From positions 806,001 to 870,000 of the forward strand of contig OZ237761.1 in assembly GCA_965178125.1 (NCBI GenBank): DNA of 64,000 nt, written 5' to 3'. Below, piece after piece: positions 23,141 through 36,447 of this stretch. The position numbers and the translations under genes are program-made. This DNA is from Bilabrum cf. latius. Lineage: Eukaryota. A model generated the notes under the pieces. That model worked only from the letters and a program-made list of their open reading frames with translations. It was not told the origin of the DNA and searched no databases. Every line of letters starts with the position of its first letter. The stretch's first letter is position 1.

Positions 23141-25981
23141 ATGGATAAGTTCCTAAAAAGAAGCTAGAAAAGGTTACCCAAGTAGGATGTATCACCTTAG
23201 GTAGAAAAAGGGTGGCCGAAATCCGACAGAAATTCGAATGCAGGCGAGGAAGAAATTGATCGGAGCGACTACAGCGATTCAGACTCAGTTTCTGAGAGTA
23301 GTAGCGACAACGAGACATTGCGGCAGATCATATTCAAAGTTGGAACAAAGAGACCAAGGAGCTAGCAAATTCTGACGCTCCAACCCCTGCAAAGTTGCAG
23401 CTCTACGCCAAACGATGGTAGCCATAAACATGCAGCGCAGCAGCCGGTCTCCGGGAAACCATTGGGCACTCATAGCATGTTGGGAGTACGTCCACTATCG
23501 CATTTACTGTCTGAAATCGGCACTTTGCCGAGACAACTTCGTTGCCGGCAGCTAGGCTTGCATCATGCGTCCAGCAGCATTGTCCATAGGCTGCGCAGGG
23601 CGGGAGCAGGGGGGGCTTCTGCACCCTCTGCTAATGCTTCATCGTGTGATGGATACGTTGGCCGATTCAAAATGCTATCAGATGACAGGAGGGTGCCTCG
23701 GCTGATCTCTCGACACTCGGACCGCCTGCTCCCGGAGAGCGCCAGCCTCGCCGGGCTGCCGGGTCTCTCGCTGTGCCCCCTCACCAGCAGGATGCGGTCG
23801 TAGAACGGCAGTGCCATTTGGGAAAGTGACGGCGTTGTCTCAATTGATGTTTTAAAGAGGCACGATGGCGCCACGGGCGGGCCAGCTCTTGTGGCAGTCG
23901 CGAATGGGGCGGGGTATGTCGCCGTGTCGCGGCTGCGACCAGCCGGAGGCCGGGCCAGGGCGGAGGGGCCGAAGGCAGCCTCTCTATCATGCAGTGCACC
24001 TGGTCTTGAGCCCCACATCGCGGAGTATCAGCGCGCCTTCGTGGGCGTCCCTTGGGCGGGCTGGCACGGGCCGCGGATTAAGTAGGCAGCGTGGGTGGGC
24101 ACTCCCGATACTTCGCCTCTCTTGGCACTGCTGCAGGCCAGTGGCAAGGGTCTGGCTGTGCTAGATGCAAGCCGCGCCCGTGACATGGCATCAAGCATGC
24201 CTGTGGATGCCTTGCCGGACGGGTCATTCGTGTGGAGCACCGGCCATCAGCATCAGCCCAGGGGAACTGCATCGAACCACGTCGAGTACAGGCGCAGGAA
24301 GCGGCGGGACCTAGCGCTGCGCATGGACGGCAAGGCAAGGGGAGGAGACGTAGTGATGGGCGGTGCGATGGGGCAGCAGGGGAGGCGACGGGGAGCTGCA
24401 ATGAGCTTCCTGGGGGGCGGAGGTGGCGGTGCTCCCCAGCGGAGCAGGTCGGGGGTTTCTTTTCTCGCAGCTGACAGGCGGTCTGGTGCTGTGCACGCAG
24501 CGTCTTCGTCTTCGTCTTCGTTGCTTGCATCATCGTATTCTAGTGCGTCCTCAAGGGCTAGCAATCGCATCAAGACCATCCGTGGAGGCAGCCACCAGGT
24601 GCTGGTTGGGGGTGACCATCACGGCGAGGCGCTCGTCTGGGATCTGCGTCAGGACGGCAGGCAGGGACCCGTGCTGCATGCACGCACAGGGGCGGGGGCG
24701 GGGACGGCCTTGTCAGAGACCAACTCTAGGGACGCTCTATTCCCTGCTTGCATCGGCAGAACGGGTGGATCTCGATTGGGGGTTCATACGCACGTGTTGA
24801 GCAGTGGGGCATCAGCATCGGCGGGGTATGCCCGGTTCCCTGGATACCCGAGCGGACGGTCGGGGGCACCGGGGCCTGGGGTAGCTGGCAACAGCAGCGG
24901 ATAGCACTATGACCGGCGCGCAAAGCGCGCCAGCCTGTCACCAAATGCAGTCACGTCCCTCCTGCTGGACCCCGGTTGGGAAGGCGAAGGCGGGCATGGC
25001 TCCTGCACCGGTGTGGTGGTTGGTCGCCAGGACGGGGTCGTGAGCTGGGTGGATCTACGGGTGGCTGCCGGAGGGTCTGCCTCATCGAGTGCTTGTCGGC
25101 CGGGTGGACCACCGCGAGCTGTCACATGGCAGGTGAATGTGGGTCGCGAGTGCAGGCGGGCTGTGGAGGTGGAGCGGGCCATGCGCGCAAGAGACGTCAG
25201 GGAGGAGAGGAGGGCTGCGGTGGACAGGGAGAGAGCAGGCAGAGGTGCTCAAGGCACAGGGGGCTTGGATGGAGACGAGGACGAGGACGAAGACGACGTT
25301 GAAGATGAAGGCAAGGGAACCGAATCCTCCAAGCGGAGCAGAGGCAGAGGCGTGAGATCACGGCACCGAGCGCGCTTGGCAGCTGTGCCATCCATGTCGG
25401 TGCCACTGAAAGCCCCCGCCAGATCGACTGCCCCTGCGCTTGCGCATGCAAGCGCCATGGTTCCGCCCTCCATAGTGGGGCTGTGGGACGGAGGCAGTTC
25501 CTTGAGGGAAGCAGACCGCTCCAGCTCGCATTCACTCACGAGCTGCACGCTGGTGCTCCTGTCCAACGGGTCTCTGTGCGCGCTCTCTGCGAATCCAGCC
25601 GTGTACTCCGACATGCACCTGCCGAGTCTCGCCGAGGACACCTGCGTGCACGAGGGGGGTCACGCAGCTGGACTCTCGGTGCTGCTGCCAGCCTTTGCCG
25701 AGGGGCACTGGGCAGACCAGGTGGAGGTTGCGGGGGGCGCGCTGCTGCACCCCGCGCGCTGGAGGAGGGGAGGCGCGGTGCTCGTGCCTGTGCCCTCTCT
25801 GAGCCGGGGGGCAGCAGTGCCTCTCATGCGCATCCCAGTGCCGGGGGCGGGGGAGCGGTGCTGGGCCGAGGGCCAGAAGATGAGAGGTGACGTGCCTGTG
25901 GCAGCTTGCTCTGTGCCAGGGACAGGCTCCGTGGTGCTGGGCACTCGCGGTGGGATGGCAGCCGTGAGGGACGTGGCATGA
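23141..25981 (+). CDS. Large hypothetical protein, probably a degenerate WD40/beta-propeller with low-complexity insertions
   Basis: ATG 23141 (MDKFLKRS...) to TGA 25979, one frame with 7 TAGs. WD-like segments VLVGGDHHGEALVWDLR, VVGRQDGVVSWVDLR and VVLGTRGGMAAVRD. Confidence 0.6.
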
Positions 25982-26123
25982 GATGGATTCCACCCGTGGT
26001 TCCGGCTGAGGCTGACCCAGATCTGCAGGCTTAGATTCTGGCGATAAGCTGCGCTGCACGGCCAGTGAAAGATATTGGCAGACTTCAGGGCGATTGGAAC
26101 TCGCATATCATAAGCCAATCTCA

Positions 26124-26331
26124 GCAATGCTCATCAATGAATGCAGTCACAACCCGATTAGAGCACCTTCTCCTGCAATGCTCATCAATGAATGCAGTCA
26201 CAACCCGATTAGAGCACCTTCTCCTGCAATGCTCATCAATGAATGCAGTCACAACCCGATTAGAGCACCTTCTCCTGCAATGCTCATCAATGAATGCAGT
26301 CACAACCCGATTAGAGCACCTTCTCCTGCAA
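26124..26331 (+). repeat. 51-bp perfect tandem repeat x4 spanning the stop codon and 3' UTR of the methyltransferase gene
   Basis: Unit gcaatgctcatcaatgaatgcagtcacaacccgattagagcaccttctcct, four identical copies. Confidence 0.95.
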
Positions 26332-27364
26332 GTACACTGTGGCATTGCCCCAGCTCATGACCCTGGAGGCGTGCTCCAGGACGGCCCACGCAGGCGAAGG
26401 GATCCTCCTGGTGAACGTGATGGCCACCGTGCCCTTGGCGCACTTCTCCGTAGCCGCCGCCAGCTTTGCCATGAGCACGTCGTCGAAGCATGTGCTGTTG
26501 GCGAACAGCATCGTGGCGTCGCTCAGGTCCCTAGTGGTGAAGTCCTGCCGCAGGAACTGCACCTCCAGCCTGTCGGCCCTCTTCTCCTCGGGCAGCCGAC
26601 TCTGCATGTCCTCGGTCGTCCATCGGTCGAGCAGCTCCACGCTCGCACCGTGCAATCCCTCCAGGATCTCGATCCCAGTCGCGCGTTCAAAGTCGTGCAT
26701 TAGACATGCTGCAAATACCGGCTTCCCAGTGCCGCTGCCGATGTCGTAAAATACTCCTCCGGGCGACGCCAGCTTGCCCCACTTATGCTTCAGCTGCGAA
26801 ACACAGGAGCGGGGAGACAGGCAGTGCCAGGACTCACGCCGCGTGCAGCAGCGCAACTGGTACAAATGCTTTATAACTTACATCCAGGAACGCAGCGCAG
26901 AATGAGTCAAACTCTATTTCTCCGTACACTAGTGTTGAGGCCTTTTCTCCTTTCTCTTCACGCTCGCGGCAGCTCAGCGATTTCCCAAGTGAGAGGGGGT
27001 GGTCACTTATCAACAAATTGTACAATGCCTTTCGCTTGTCGTCTGCAGCACTTAAAGCAGATAAACTGTAGCACAGAATTCTTGAGCAAATCGTACCAAG
27101 TAGTATTCAAGTGCATCGTTTGACACATTGCACTCACAGTCTTCGTCAGACATTTTAGTGTCCTCCTCATTCTTGGACTCTGCAGCAACGCTTGCCAATG
27201 CAGCACTACTTTCACCGGCAACAGCTTCCTCTTTGGCCTGCGGAACGGGCACCAACGGGATCGTGAGTACCAAGCGGAGAAAAAGTGAGTCATTGGAGCA
27301 AGCACATTGGGAACACTCGATGGCATGGGCAAAATCTTACAGGATCCGAGGCAATAGCTGCCAT
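26311..27364 (-). CDS. SAM-dependent methyltransferase, DOT1-domain-like
   Basis: Four exons (introns 27238-27340, 27043-27137 and 26794-26881, all GT..CAG). TLVYGEIEF, FYDIGSGTGK, GIEIL, FANSTCF, MSWG; ends QEKVL-TAA. Confidence 0.8.
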
Positions 27365-27493
27365 CAGATTTCTATCCTCTGCGATCGGCCGGCAAACCTA
27401 ATTTTGGGTGCCTGTCGCCGATAAACCGGAACAAAAGGTGCACTGCATGGTCATTGCAGCCAACGTCAACTCAGGATCAAATATTGGGCTAGA

Positions 27494-28792
27494 ATGAGCA
27501 GCAACGATGACAGATAGCATGATACAGCCCGAAGACGAACTGTTGTTAAGTTTGGTCCTTTCAGAATCGATAGAGAAGACATTACTAAGGACGGAAGCAG
27601 TGTTCCAGAGAGGACTGATTCGGGGCCTAGCGAACAGCCGACTGGGGGAGATGAAAATGCCTGGGGCAGCCTGGTTGGCATATCAGTTGCAAGCGTAACG
27701 ATTGGACTTGTAGTTGGCTTCTCTGCTGTCGGACTGTATCGGCGGATGTCCGGGCACACGACGAATCGCATGCGGCAGCTCTCACGTGAAGTGGGCGACC
27801 TTGTGTCTGAATCAGCGGGCGTGATGCGTAGAGCCACTGAACCAGTGCAATTATCTCGAAGCATTGCGGACTCGAGTGAGCAGGAGCTCCCAAGCGGTGC
27901 TAGCGCGGTATCTGGCACGATGGAGATGTCCGATGCCAAGCAGCGCCCCCTCGTTGTGCATGTCTTGGCCCGCGCTGATGACGTTGCTCACAAACAGAAG
28001 CTGGGTTGGTTCCGATCATTTGGAATGCAGCTGCTAGGCAGTGAGCAGGCTCCATGGGAGATCCAGAAAGTAGTGGTCGACGTCCCGGACAGCACGCTCG
28101 CGGCCCAGCGGGGAGGAGCAGGCAAGCGCAGCTTGGGGGCGGGGTCGGCTGCCCTCTAGGCAGGCGTGCCGGTGACAGCTGCGGTGATGGGTGCGCGTGG
28201 GTTCGAGACGTGCGTGGAAGAGGCTCATTTCCGAGAGGGAGAGAGGGGGGGAGAGGGAGAGGGGGCGGGTGGAGGGGGCAGGGCCAAGGTGATCGCAGAG
28301 GGGGGTGGGTTGATGATGGACAGTATTGAGGCATCCAGGGGGAAGGGGTGGACACGTGGGGGCGATGAAGAGGAGGCATCAGGGGAAAGCCGGGCAGGGA
28401 CTGAAAGCCGTGCAACAGGCTAGGGTGGATTGCAAGACACGGACGGGAGTGAGTCGGCTGGACGAAGTGCTGGGGATGTGGAGGACAGCAGCGGGGACAC
28501 ATCTGCCTCTGCATCTGAGTGCGGGTATGGGCAGGGTTAGCTATGGCGCAGCGGGCGCGCCGGATCCTCTCCACTGGAGCAGGCTGGCCTGCCGTTCTGG
28601 CGGGTGCTTGTGCATCCTGTAGGGGAGGCCCGTGCCATCGCGGGCCGACTCGCGCAATCAAAGGGCAAGGGCAGTGGCAAGGGGAGGGGCAAAGGACAGA
28701 GGCGCGGGGGGAGGAAGACGGGTAGGACTCACGCGCAACGCTTCGAAGGACAGGGCAGTCCACAGGCTGAGAACGGTCGTGGCAGACAGTGA
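27494..28792 (+). CDS. Hypothetical single-TM protein
   Basis: ATG 27494 to TGA 28790 in one frame with 4 TAGs; hydrophobic LVGISVASVTIGLVVGFSAVGLY. Confidence 0.55.
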
Positions 28793-28831
28793 TGAATGGT
28801 TTGCAATCGTTCGATTCAATGCAATCGCGCC

Positions 28832-31800
28832 TCACTTCGCACCACCACTGGTCGCGACTTCCGCAATCGCTGATGCAGCAGCAGTTGTTGCAGTAGCCGC
28901 GCCCTGAGTCTTGTCTGGCAGCGCCGCGCCTCCATCCGCTGCCCGCCGCCTGCCCCTGTAGAATGCCCCCAGTGCTCTGAATGCCTGCCCGAACGCATCG
29001 CAGCCCTGCGTCCTGCGGTCGATCCATGGAGGCAGCTGCGCGCGGGTGCGGGCCTGCAGGAACCGCCGGTCCAGCAAACACACTGCCGCCCAGTCCCCCG
29101 CGTGTCTGATGGCCCGCCCCACCGCCTGGTTGACGCTCTGGAAGCAGAGCCCTTCGTACAGCGTGCGGCCCGCGCCCTTGCCCGCCACAGCTTCCATCCG
29201 AGCCATGCGAGCAGCCAGCTCGGGGTCCCTCGCATTCGGATACGGCAGCCCCACGACCACGACCAGCCGGGCCAGGTCATCCTTGAAGTTGAGGCCCTCG
29301 CTCAGCTTGCCCCCCATCACCGCGAACAGCAGAGCGCCCCTGGGGTCCTCCCGCACGGCCTTCTCATAGCCAGCCAGCACCGCTCCGACCTCGCCGGCGC
29401 CCTGCGGCTCTCGAAACACTGCTTTGCGGGCCTGTAGGCTGTCCAATAGTGGAGAGCCTCCGGAGCTGGAAGATGCTGGGAGTGCCCCTGATGCCTTGCC
29501 AGGGGCTGCTGGTCCCGTGAGTGCCCCGGTGGATCCTCCCAGGACTGCTTTCTCAAAGTCGTACGAAGGCAAAAATACCACCATACCTTTGGGAGCCATC
29601 AGGGCCAGCTGCAAGAGCACCCTGCCGAGCTCCTGCCGCAGGCCCGGGTCCTGTCTCGTGCGGAAAGTGAACTCGAGGGGAGTCCCGCTGGGTCCCTTGC
29701 CCAGTGCCACTCCCAGCAGCGACTCGTCAGGGACCACGTGTCCGCATGAGAAGAGACGCACGCTGGCTGGAGGCAAGCGAGGGGCCAGCTATGCAATCAC
29801 CACGTCCGTGGGGCGCATGGTGCCTCCGGCGAGCACCACGGATCGAGCCTACCGCAGCACGGGTTCGAAGCAGCTGGCTGGGTGCAGCAGCGTGTACCTG
29901 ATGGAGCCACCTAAGTCTGGAGCTGAGGCGCCCATAGGTGGCTCTTTGGCTACACTCATTGACACCAGCGAGGATGCACTTTCAGCCTAAGCCGCCCCGA
30001 CTGTATACGCACGGCCGGGCGGGCTCTCTGTCACCACGACGCACCCGTCGCTCTGGGGGCGGGCCAGTGCCTCAAGCAGAGATCGCACCTGGTACATGGC
30101 GGCGGGGTGCAGGGCACACAGCCTCTCCGCCGCAGAGGGGGGCTCCTGACCAGAGGGTGCACCGGCGCCTGGGGGATGGCTTGCTCGCCCCCCCGCCTGT
30201 GCGCGCGTCTGCTTGTGAGCCCGGATGCGCTGCCGCGCTTGCTCTGCCATCCCTCTCGCCACCTTGCAGAGGGTCGATTCCTGCAGGAACTGGCACAGGG
30301 AGCTCAGCTGCACCCCGGCGAGACCGCTTGTTTCAAGAAATACGCTCACATCCATGGCACGTCCGAGGGTAGACTGCCTGTGACCCCCTTCTCCTGCCCC
30401 CCGCCCATGAACCCCTGGTCCTGGTTCCCCTCGCAGCGCGGTCAGGAGCGCGGCCGTACACCTCTCCAGCACGCGGCAGCTGGTCAGCGATCGGGCCTTC
30501 ACGCGGCTCCCATACCGCCGGACATACTCCGAGACCTGGGCCCCTGCAGCCGCTAAATGGCCAGCGCGCACCTCGACGGAGTACACGCCATTGACGGCAG
30601 CTGGCAAGTTGTGGCCCTCGTCCACTACCACCACAGCGCCACGCAGGTCCAGGCCCAGCGCCTGTCGCGCCCCCTCCTGCAACAGGAGGCTGTAAGGCAA
30701 GGCAATTACCTCGGCCAGTGGCAAGGCGCGCCTAGCCGCGTAGTACGGGCACCCCCCCTCTTCCTCCCCCCTGCGGTGGGCCTCCTCCACGTCGGCCGGC
30801 TCCACCAGCAGCCTGTCATGCAGCGCCAGCACACCCTCTTCGTTGAGGTAGCTGCACCCGCTGCACCCGCTTTTGCTTATTCTCTGCTTCGGAGCACCCT
30901 TCCGCTTGCTGCCCACTGCTGCCCCTCCACCACTGGCCCCATCCCCTCCCCCTGGTGATCGCTGCCCCCCCTTCCCAGCTCCCCTGCGCCTCTCGTCCTG
31001 CAGCTCCTGGCACCGCTCCGAGATGCGCGCCTCGGAGCCGAGGGCACGGACCTGTGGATTTGCGCACAGCACGGAGCGGCCCGCGAGCACCACCACCCGC
31101 GCGTCGGCGAACCTTGTCTTGCGCAGCTCTGCCACGAACTGGGTCAGCTGGGAGTGCGTCCTGGAGGCGAAGATCAGGCGAGGGACCGGCGGGGGGTCGG
31201 GCGAAGTGGAGGAGGAGGAGGAAGAGGACGCGGATGCCTTTGATTGCGCTCCGAGCACGGTTGCCCGTCTCTCCCGGCGCATCGCGTCCGCGAGACGGGC
31301 TGCGGCCGAGGCCTCGCCTGCCTGCACACCCACCGTGTCTGCGGCCCCGCTGGACCCACCCCGGGAGAGCGGGGAGTCTGGGCCCATGGCTAGTTCAAAT
31401 CGGGGCGTGGGGGACGGTGGCGCGTCACTCGCCGTCTATTGCGGCAAGGAAGGGGGCTTGCGCACGGGCTCGCCTGCCCGCTGGGTCCATGCAGTCCTGC
31501 CGTCCTGTCGCCGCTTCTTGCGGTGTTTCCTTCTTGCGGCAAGGCGATGCCTTGCAAGCTCTATCTACGCATCAACTGCCTATAAAGCAGACAGCGCAGA
31601 TACTTCGGCGTACTTTTGTGCTTGAACACGCCGTTCCTCATCGAAACCCTCGATCCAGTCTAGCTCCATCGACTCTGTTGCGCTGGAAGAGACGCCAGAC
31701 GGCGCGCTTGCGGGACTCGTCTTCGTAGACCCAGCACTATACTTGGCAGAGTCTGATTCTGGCTGACCGACGGACTGAGATGAGGTCTCCGCCATTCCGA

Positions 31801-32095
31801 CGGTGCCGCGAACGCCAGCTGCGGGTGGCCGGGCGCGGTTGTCCCGAAGCCATTGCATACTAGAGCAGATAATACTCAATGTTTTGCCCTGCGAAAACAA
31901 CTTGCAATGGTTAATATGCTTGAGAAATCCATCGAATTTGAATTGTCGCGGCCATCACAAACTTACGGTTCCTGTCGGACTTTCCAGCAGAGCTAATTGC
32001 TGATTCTCGAATGAATCGTACAGGGTGCGCATAAACTCATTTTGAATGGGATAAGGCTGAAAGGGGAACGAGAAATGTGCCGGTTCAGGCTACAT
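28832..32095 (-). CDS. DDX11: Fe-S SF2 DNA helicase DDX11/ChlR1/CHL1
   Basis: FSFPFQPYPIQ, LESPTGT-GKTLSIICSS (intron 31889-31966), ASRTHSQLTQF, GCPYYAAR, VVDEGHNL, VLAGGTM, FSCGHVV, GGKLSEGLNF, GLPYPN, VNQAVGRAIRH. 7 TAGs including codon 2; TGA stop. Confidence 0.95.
31889..31966 (-). other. Spliceosomal intron in the DDX11 Walker A motif
   Basis: GTAAGT...TTTTCGCAG; phase-0 splicing restores SPTGTGKT. Confidence 0.92.
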
Positions 32096-32308
32096 CAGGC
32101 CTTTGGCTAGAGCCGCACTTGCTCGCGAGTTGATGGAAGTAACGCGTAGTTTCAAAATGGAACTTCGTTGAACTCTGGATTTTGCGACTGGAATCTAGGC
32201 CTGGCCGGGTGCACCAGAGCGATTCGAACTTGACGATAACGTATTTGTGTACCAAAGCGTTGACTGCATACATTCTCTGATTATAAAAGCGAACTACATT
32301 AGGAATAC

Positions 32309-34341
32309 ATGAGCTTTTGGCCGTTGCAGCGCGAACTGAATCCATGCTCGCGAAGAGTAGGACGGTATCTGCCGGGCCTTGTAGGCGGCTTGGCGTTTGG
32401 AATAGGTGCTTATGCTGCTAGTCAGTACGAATCTGAAGCTGTGGCTGGCATTCAAGCAACATGGGACGTTGTGGGAATGCTGGCGCGTGGAGAGTTTGTG
32501 TTTGATGGTGTGAGACCAATCCGACTTCCTTAACGCAAGTAATTGTTCGTTGTCTGGCCCAATGTGCGGTTTCTTCGCAAGTACTGATCGGAACGCATTT
32601 GACCATGTCACAAGCTGCGATAAATAGCGTTGGTGCCGCAGTTGTGGCGGCTCATGAATTTCGGATCTGTGACGCACTGCGCGCGTCCTAAGTGCAACTT
32701 CAGCTGTGTTGCGTCCCAAGGCGACGGATTCCCCACGCAATGTAGTAACGCGTATCCTTACTATCTTTTGAAGCGATTCAGCCCCATTCTTTGCCGCAGG
32801 GAGAGTCCCAACGCCCGGCCCCTGACGGTGACGTACCTCCGAACAGTGCAGCGAGCAGCTCGCTGGCTTCCAGCTCGACAACGCTAGGAAAAGACGCGAA
32901 ACAAGTGTCCACACCTCGTGACACAAGAGTTAGCGATACACACGAAGCGACCAGTGATGATGCGCGCAGACGCACCAGCAAGGCGAACGCCAGCGGGTCA
33001 AGATCGGCACCTCGCGGCACCTCCAACGGGCCTGCCGGGGCATCGGGTGACAGGGACAGGGACGATTCATTCGAGTTTCCCAAGGTTACTCCATGCTCCC
33101 CTCTACCCTTGCCCCTGGAGGCAGTCATGGAAGCCGCTCGCTCCTCGCCGCTCGACGGGCCCATGGATTCACCCCCCTCGCCCTCGGTGCACTCACCTGG
33201 CGACAGGAGGCCGCGCCCGAGCCCCATCGGGCGGACCCGGGCCACTGCCAGCGGCACTCGGCATTCCTCCCGCTCGCACCCGTCCCCCATGCCCTCTCCC
33301 ATGCCGGGTCCGAGGACCCCCCCAAGCGGGCAGGCCGCTGTGTCTGTCTCTGGGTCGCCAGGTCAGGCAGGGCATGGCTCGGGTGCTTCCCCCAGTCGGA
33401 GCGCACACCTCGATTCCGACAGCGACGAGGACGATCACCCGGCAGTGCGGTCCCCCGCGTGGGGGTGGTACGTGCGCATGGGGGCCGGCACCACGCCTCC
33501 CTCGGGGCACGCAGCAGCAGCCGCGGTGGCCCGGGCCCGGAGCAGGGGCGGGGGCAAGGGCAGGGGCAGAGGGAAAAGAGAGCAGTCAGGCAGCATCAGG
33601 GTAGCGCAACAGCGCAAAGGGGTGCCCGCGCACGCCCCCGAGCCGCCCATCGCGAGTTATGAAGTGCAGTACCGAGCCGTTGAGCGCGTCCCGACCCAGG
33701 GCACGGGCGCAAGTGAGCATTCTCACGAGCCCAGGCAAGAGACAGGCAGCGGCAGACGCACCCCCGTGGCGCTGGGGCCGGTCGAGTTCCCGTCCGCACC
33801 ACCGGAGCCCAGCTCAAGCAGGAGTAGTGTGCGCAGCGAGGCATCCTCTGCCAGCCGGTCCCGCTGGGCCCCCGCACACAGCGATGCATCTGCGCTATCC
33901 AGATCGAGGATGGACACGGCCAGTGGCAGCGGCCCCGAGGCCCTGAGAGCGCAGCCTGCTGGCAGCAGCGCGGGGCCAGGATCTGGCTCAGCCTCAGAGT
34001 CCCCGCATCGAGATCGAGGGACGAGCCGCCCGCTCAGCGTCGGTTCTTGCTTGGCCGCGGCATCTGGAGGACACCGCACGGATGGAGACATCGATCCGCG
34101 TTCACGGAAGTCCGCGGGAGGGCGTGGTGGGCGGGGCTCTCGCGTGGGCAGGAGCGTGTCTGCAGGAGACGGCTTGCTCGCTGCTGTGGGGGCGTCCTCC
34201 ATTGCCGCGGGGCGAACACCCAGTGGCAGGGACAGGGGCAAGGGCAGGGGCAGCGGTGGTCGGTCCTTGTCCGGTGGTGCCTCTTGGAGCGATGAGGTGA
34301 GTCAGTGGATCAATAGAGGGCCCCCCATCCCGGACACATGA
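32309..34341 (+). CDS. Hypothetical low-complexity Ser/Pro/Gly/Arg-rich protein
   Basis: Long ORF 32791-34341 preceded by an acceptor TTTGCCGCAG (32799); possible first exon 32309-32509 with GTGAGA donor. Exon structure is uncertain. Confidence 0.45.
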
Positions 34342-34518
34342 GCCCAACCCTGCCCTGAATTGAAGGTAAACTAGCTTGTTGTGAGTCACTGCGCTTGTGC
34401 GATTGTGAATCCACGCATCATCTGTCTCAGTCATTAGGCACCACCTGGGTCGAGGCATCACCAGGCTTGCCCTCCTCAGCTTGGGCCTCGGTCTCTGGCA
34501 GCCCCACGTCGAGAGGCC

Positions 34519-36357
34519 TCACGTCCAGTTGTGGAAGTTGCTGAACAGTGCGGCGCCTATGCTCGTATACCCCACCACCCACGCTGCGATCAGGAACTAC
34601 CGCCACTCTCGAGATGCCTTCCTGTCTCCATCCAGGCCCCAGCCCGTCCAGGCCGCGGCTAGGCCCAGACCCAGGGCGGGGTAGGCTGCCAGCACCCTCG
34701 TGCTGACCTGCACGTGCATGAGCACTAGGCCAGTGGCAGCCAGCAGGCCACCGTGCACCGCGTACGGTACCAGCACCCGAGACACTTTTTTCCAGGGACC
34801 AACCGCGCCTGCCCTGCCGCCTTCATCGGCGGGCAGGAGCGCCGGGATGAACGCGCCTGCAGTTCGCCGGGCCACATCTGCGACCATGCCGGGGGCGACC
34901 ATCCACGAGCTCATCGCAGCAGTGTTGCCGCCCTTGTCCCTCAACTTTTCCTTGCCGTGACCGCAACTCTAATCCTTACGCTCCTTCGTAGCACCCCCTG
35001 AAGACGCCTCCCTGTCCGCTTCACGCTTGTCTCGGTTCGCACACCTGGCCCACGCTGCGATGCTCCAGGCAGCTGCAGCCATGATGGGCACCGCAAGCAC
35101 GAACTAGCCTATCTAGTCCGGTCTCCAGTACGCAAACGGACCCACGCCCCAGAAGCGGGCTTGCACAGATGCATACACTGGGGGCGGCAGCAGGCCGCTC
35201 GCATGCTCACACCACTCGGGCCACTGACCTTCAGGCCTGGCGCCATGGGGTGATGCGATTAGCCGGGCGGGAGGCAGCTGGACCAGGGTTGGGGGCAGCG
35301 GGAGATACGCAGGTATAATGCGGTCCATCCATTGGAACGCAGGACCTATGAATCGGAGGACTAATCCACCCGAATGCGGGCACAGGTGGTACGCTGCGTG
35401 CCACTGCAGCAGGGCGGGCACTGCCAGCGGGAGGGCACTCACCAGCAGCACTGAGGCGCGGGAGGTGCACCACAGGGCCCATCGGGAGCACGCATGCAGT
35501 GTGTGCCGGCCCAGTGCCAGAGACAGCGCCCTGTCCTGAGCCAGCAATCGCTCTGCCGCCCTAACGGCGAGAAACCCGCCGAGGAGCACCCCGTTGGACC
35601 TCGCGCTAGTTGCAACCACGAAGCAGAGGGCGGCCAGCGCCTCGCCCGTGGTGAGCATCCAGTGCACAAGGGGTCCATTGTGAGTGCGATTCTTTCTCTT
35701 GCTCAAGTTCCCAGCTGGTAAGCCCTCGGATTCGAGTGCCAGCAGGCCCACAGTCACGAAGAGGCTGTGCAGGGCGCCAGAGTACCCCGCACTCCAAAAG
35801 ATGCCGCCGGGGCCAAGTCCCATCAAAACGCCACATGCATATGCCAGGTGCATATTATTCCGACTGCTATGGGAGAGACCCGCTCGAGAGAGCACAGCGG
35901 CGCACCACTTCTCCGCTGCTGCTGCTACTGCAACTGCGCAGCACAGTGACAGCAAAACCGCAGCCAGCGACAACGCCGGCTCCGCATGGATTATGCCGAT
36001 GTCAAATCCAGCAATTATCAAAATTGTAGTGCGAACACCACTCAAAGCCGGGACCACCAGCACGCTTGCCACACTGCGGGCTGCGATCGGAGCAAGCGGG
36101 AACATTGCGTATTGCTGCTCGAACTGGTACCCATCCTTGGCTATGGTCTGGAAGAACACGGCATCCCAATTCGAAAGTGGAGCTGAGATTACAAGCGCAG
36201 CCCTATCGAGAGCTGTTGGCTGGCAACCAACCTGCTCGCAAGCTGCGAGTAAGCTACCAGGGCCCGACGAGTCGTATGAGTCACCTACAAACCAACAGGC
36301 GATTGCGAGCAAGCATATAATCAATCTAGCAACTAGAACAACTTTCCAACTCGACAT
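34519..36357 (-). CDS. PIGV: GPI mannosyltransferase 2 (PIG-V/GPI18)
   Basis: NWDAVFF..IA..GY.FEQ.YAMFP, SAGYS, RSNGVL, VYASVQARFWGVG..YWRPD[TAG]IG[TAG]FVLAVP, MHVQVSTR, ends FSNFHNWT-TGA. TAG at 35113, 35104, 34969 and 34597. Confidence 0.93.
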
Positions 36358-36447
36358 ACAATGTGTCTGGGTCGCAAAATACAGCAACCGCACGGCAGGA
36401 TTCGGAGCACGGCAGGTGCTTCGACTTTGTGGTGGGCGCAACTAAAC
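36358..36447. promoter_or_regulatory. Putative bidirectional promoter between PIGV and PGAP1
   Basis: Only 90 bp separate the two divergent ATGs. Inferred from geometry; no motif identified. Confidence 0.5.

Noticed and set aside
26124-26331. CRISPR array (also considered for 17491-17676 and 48896-49463)
   Set aside because: These are head-to-tail tandem repeats with no unique spacers and no cas genes, in a eukaryotic context.
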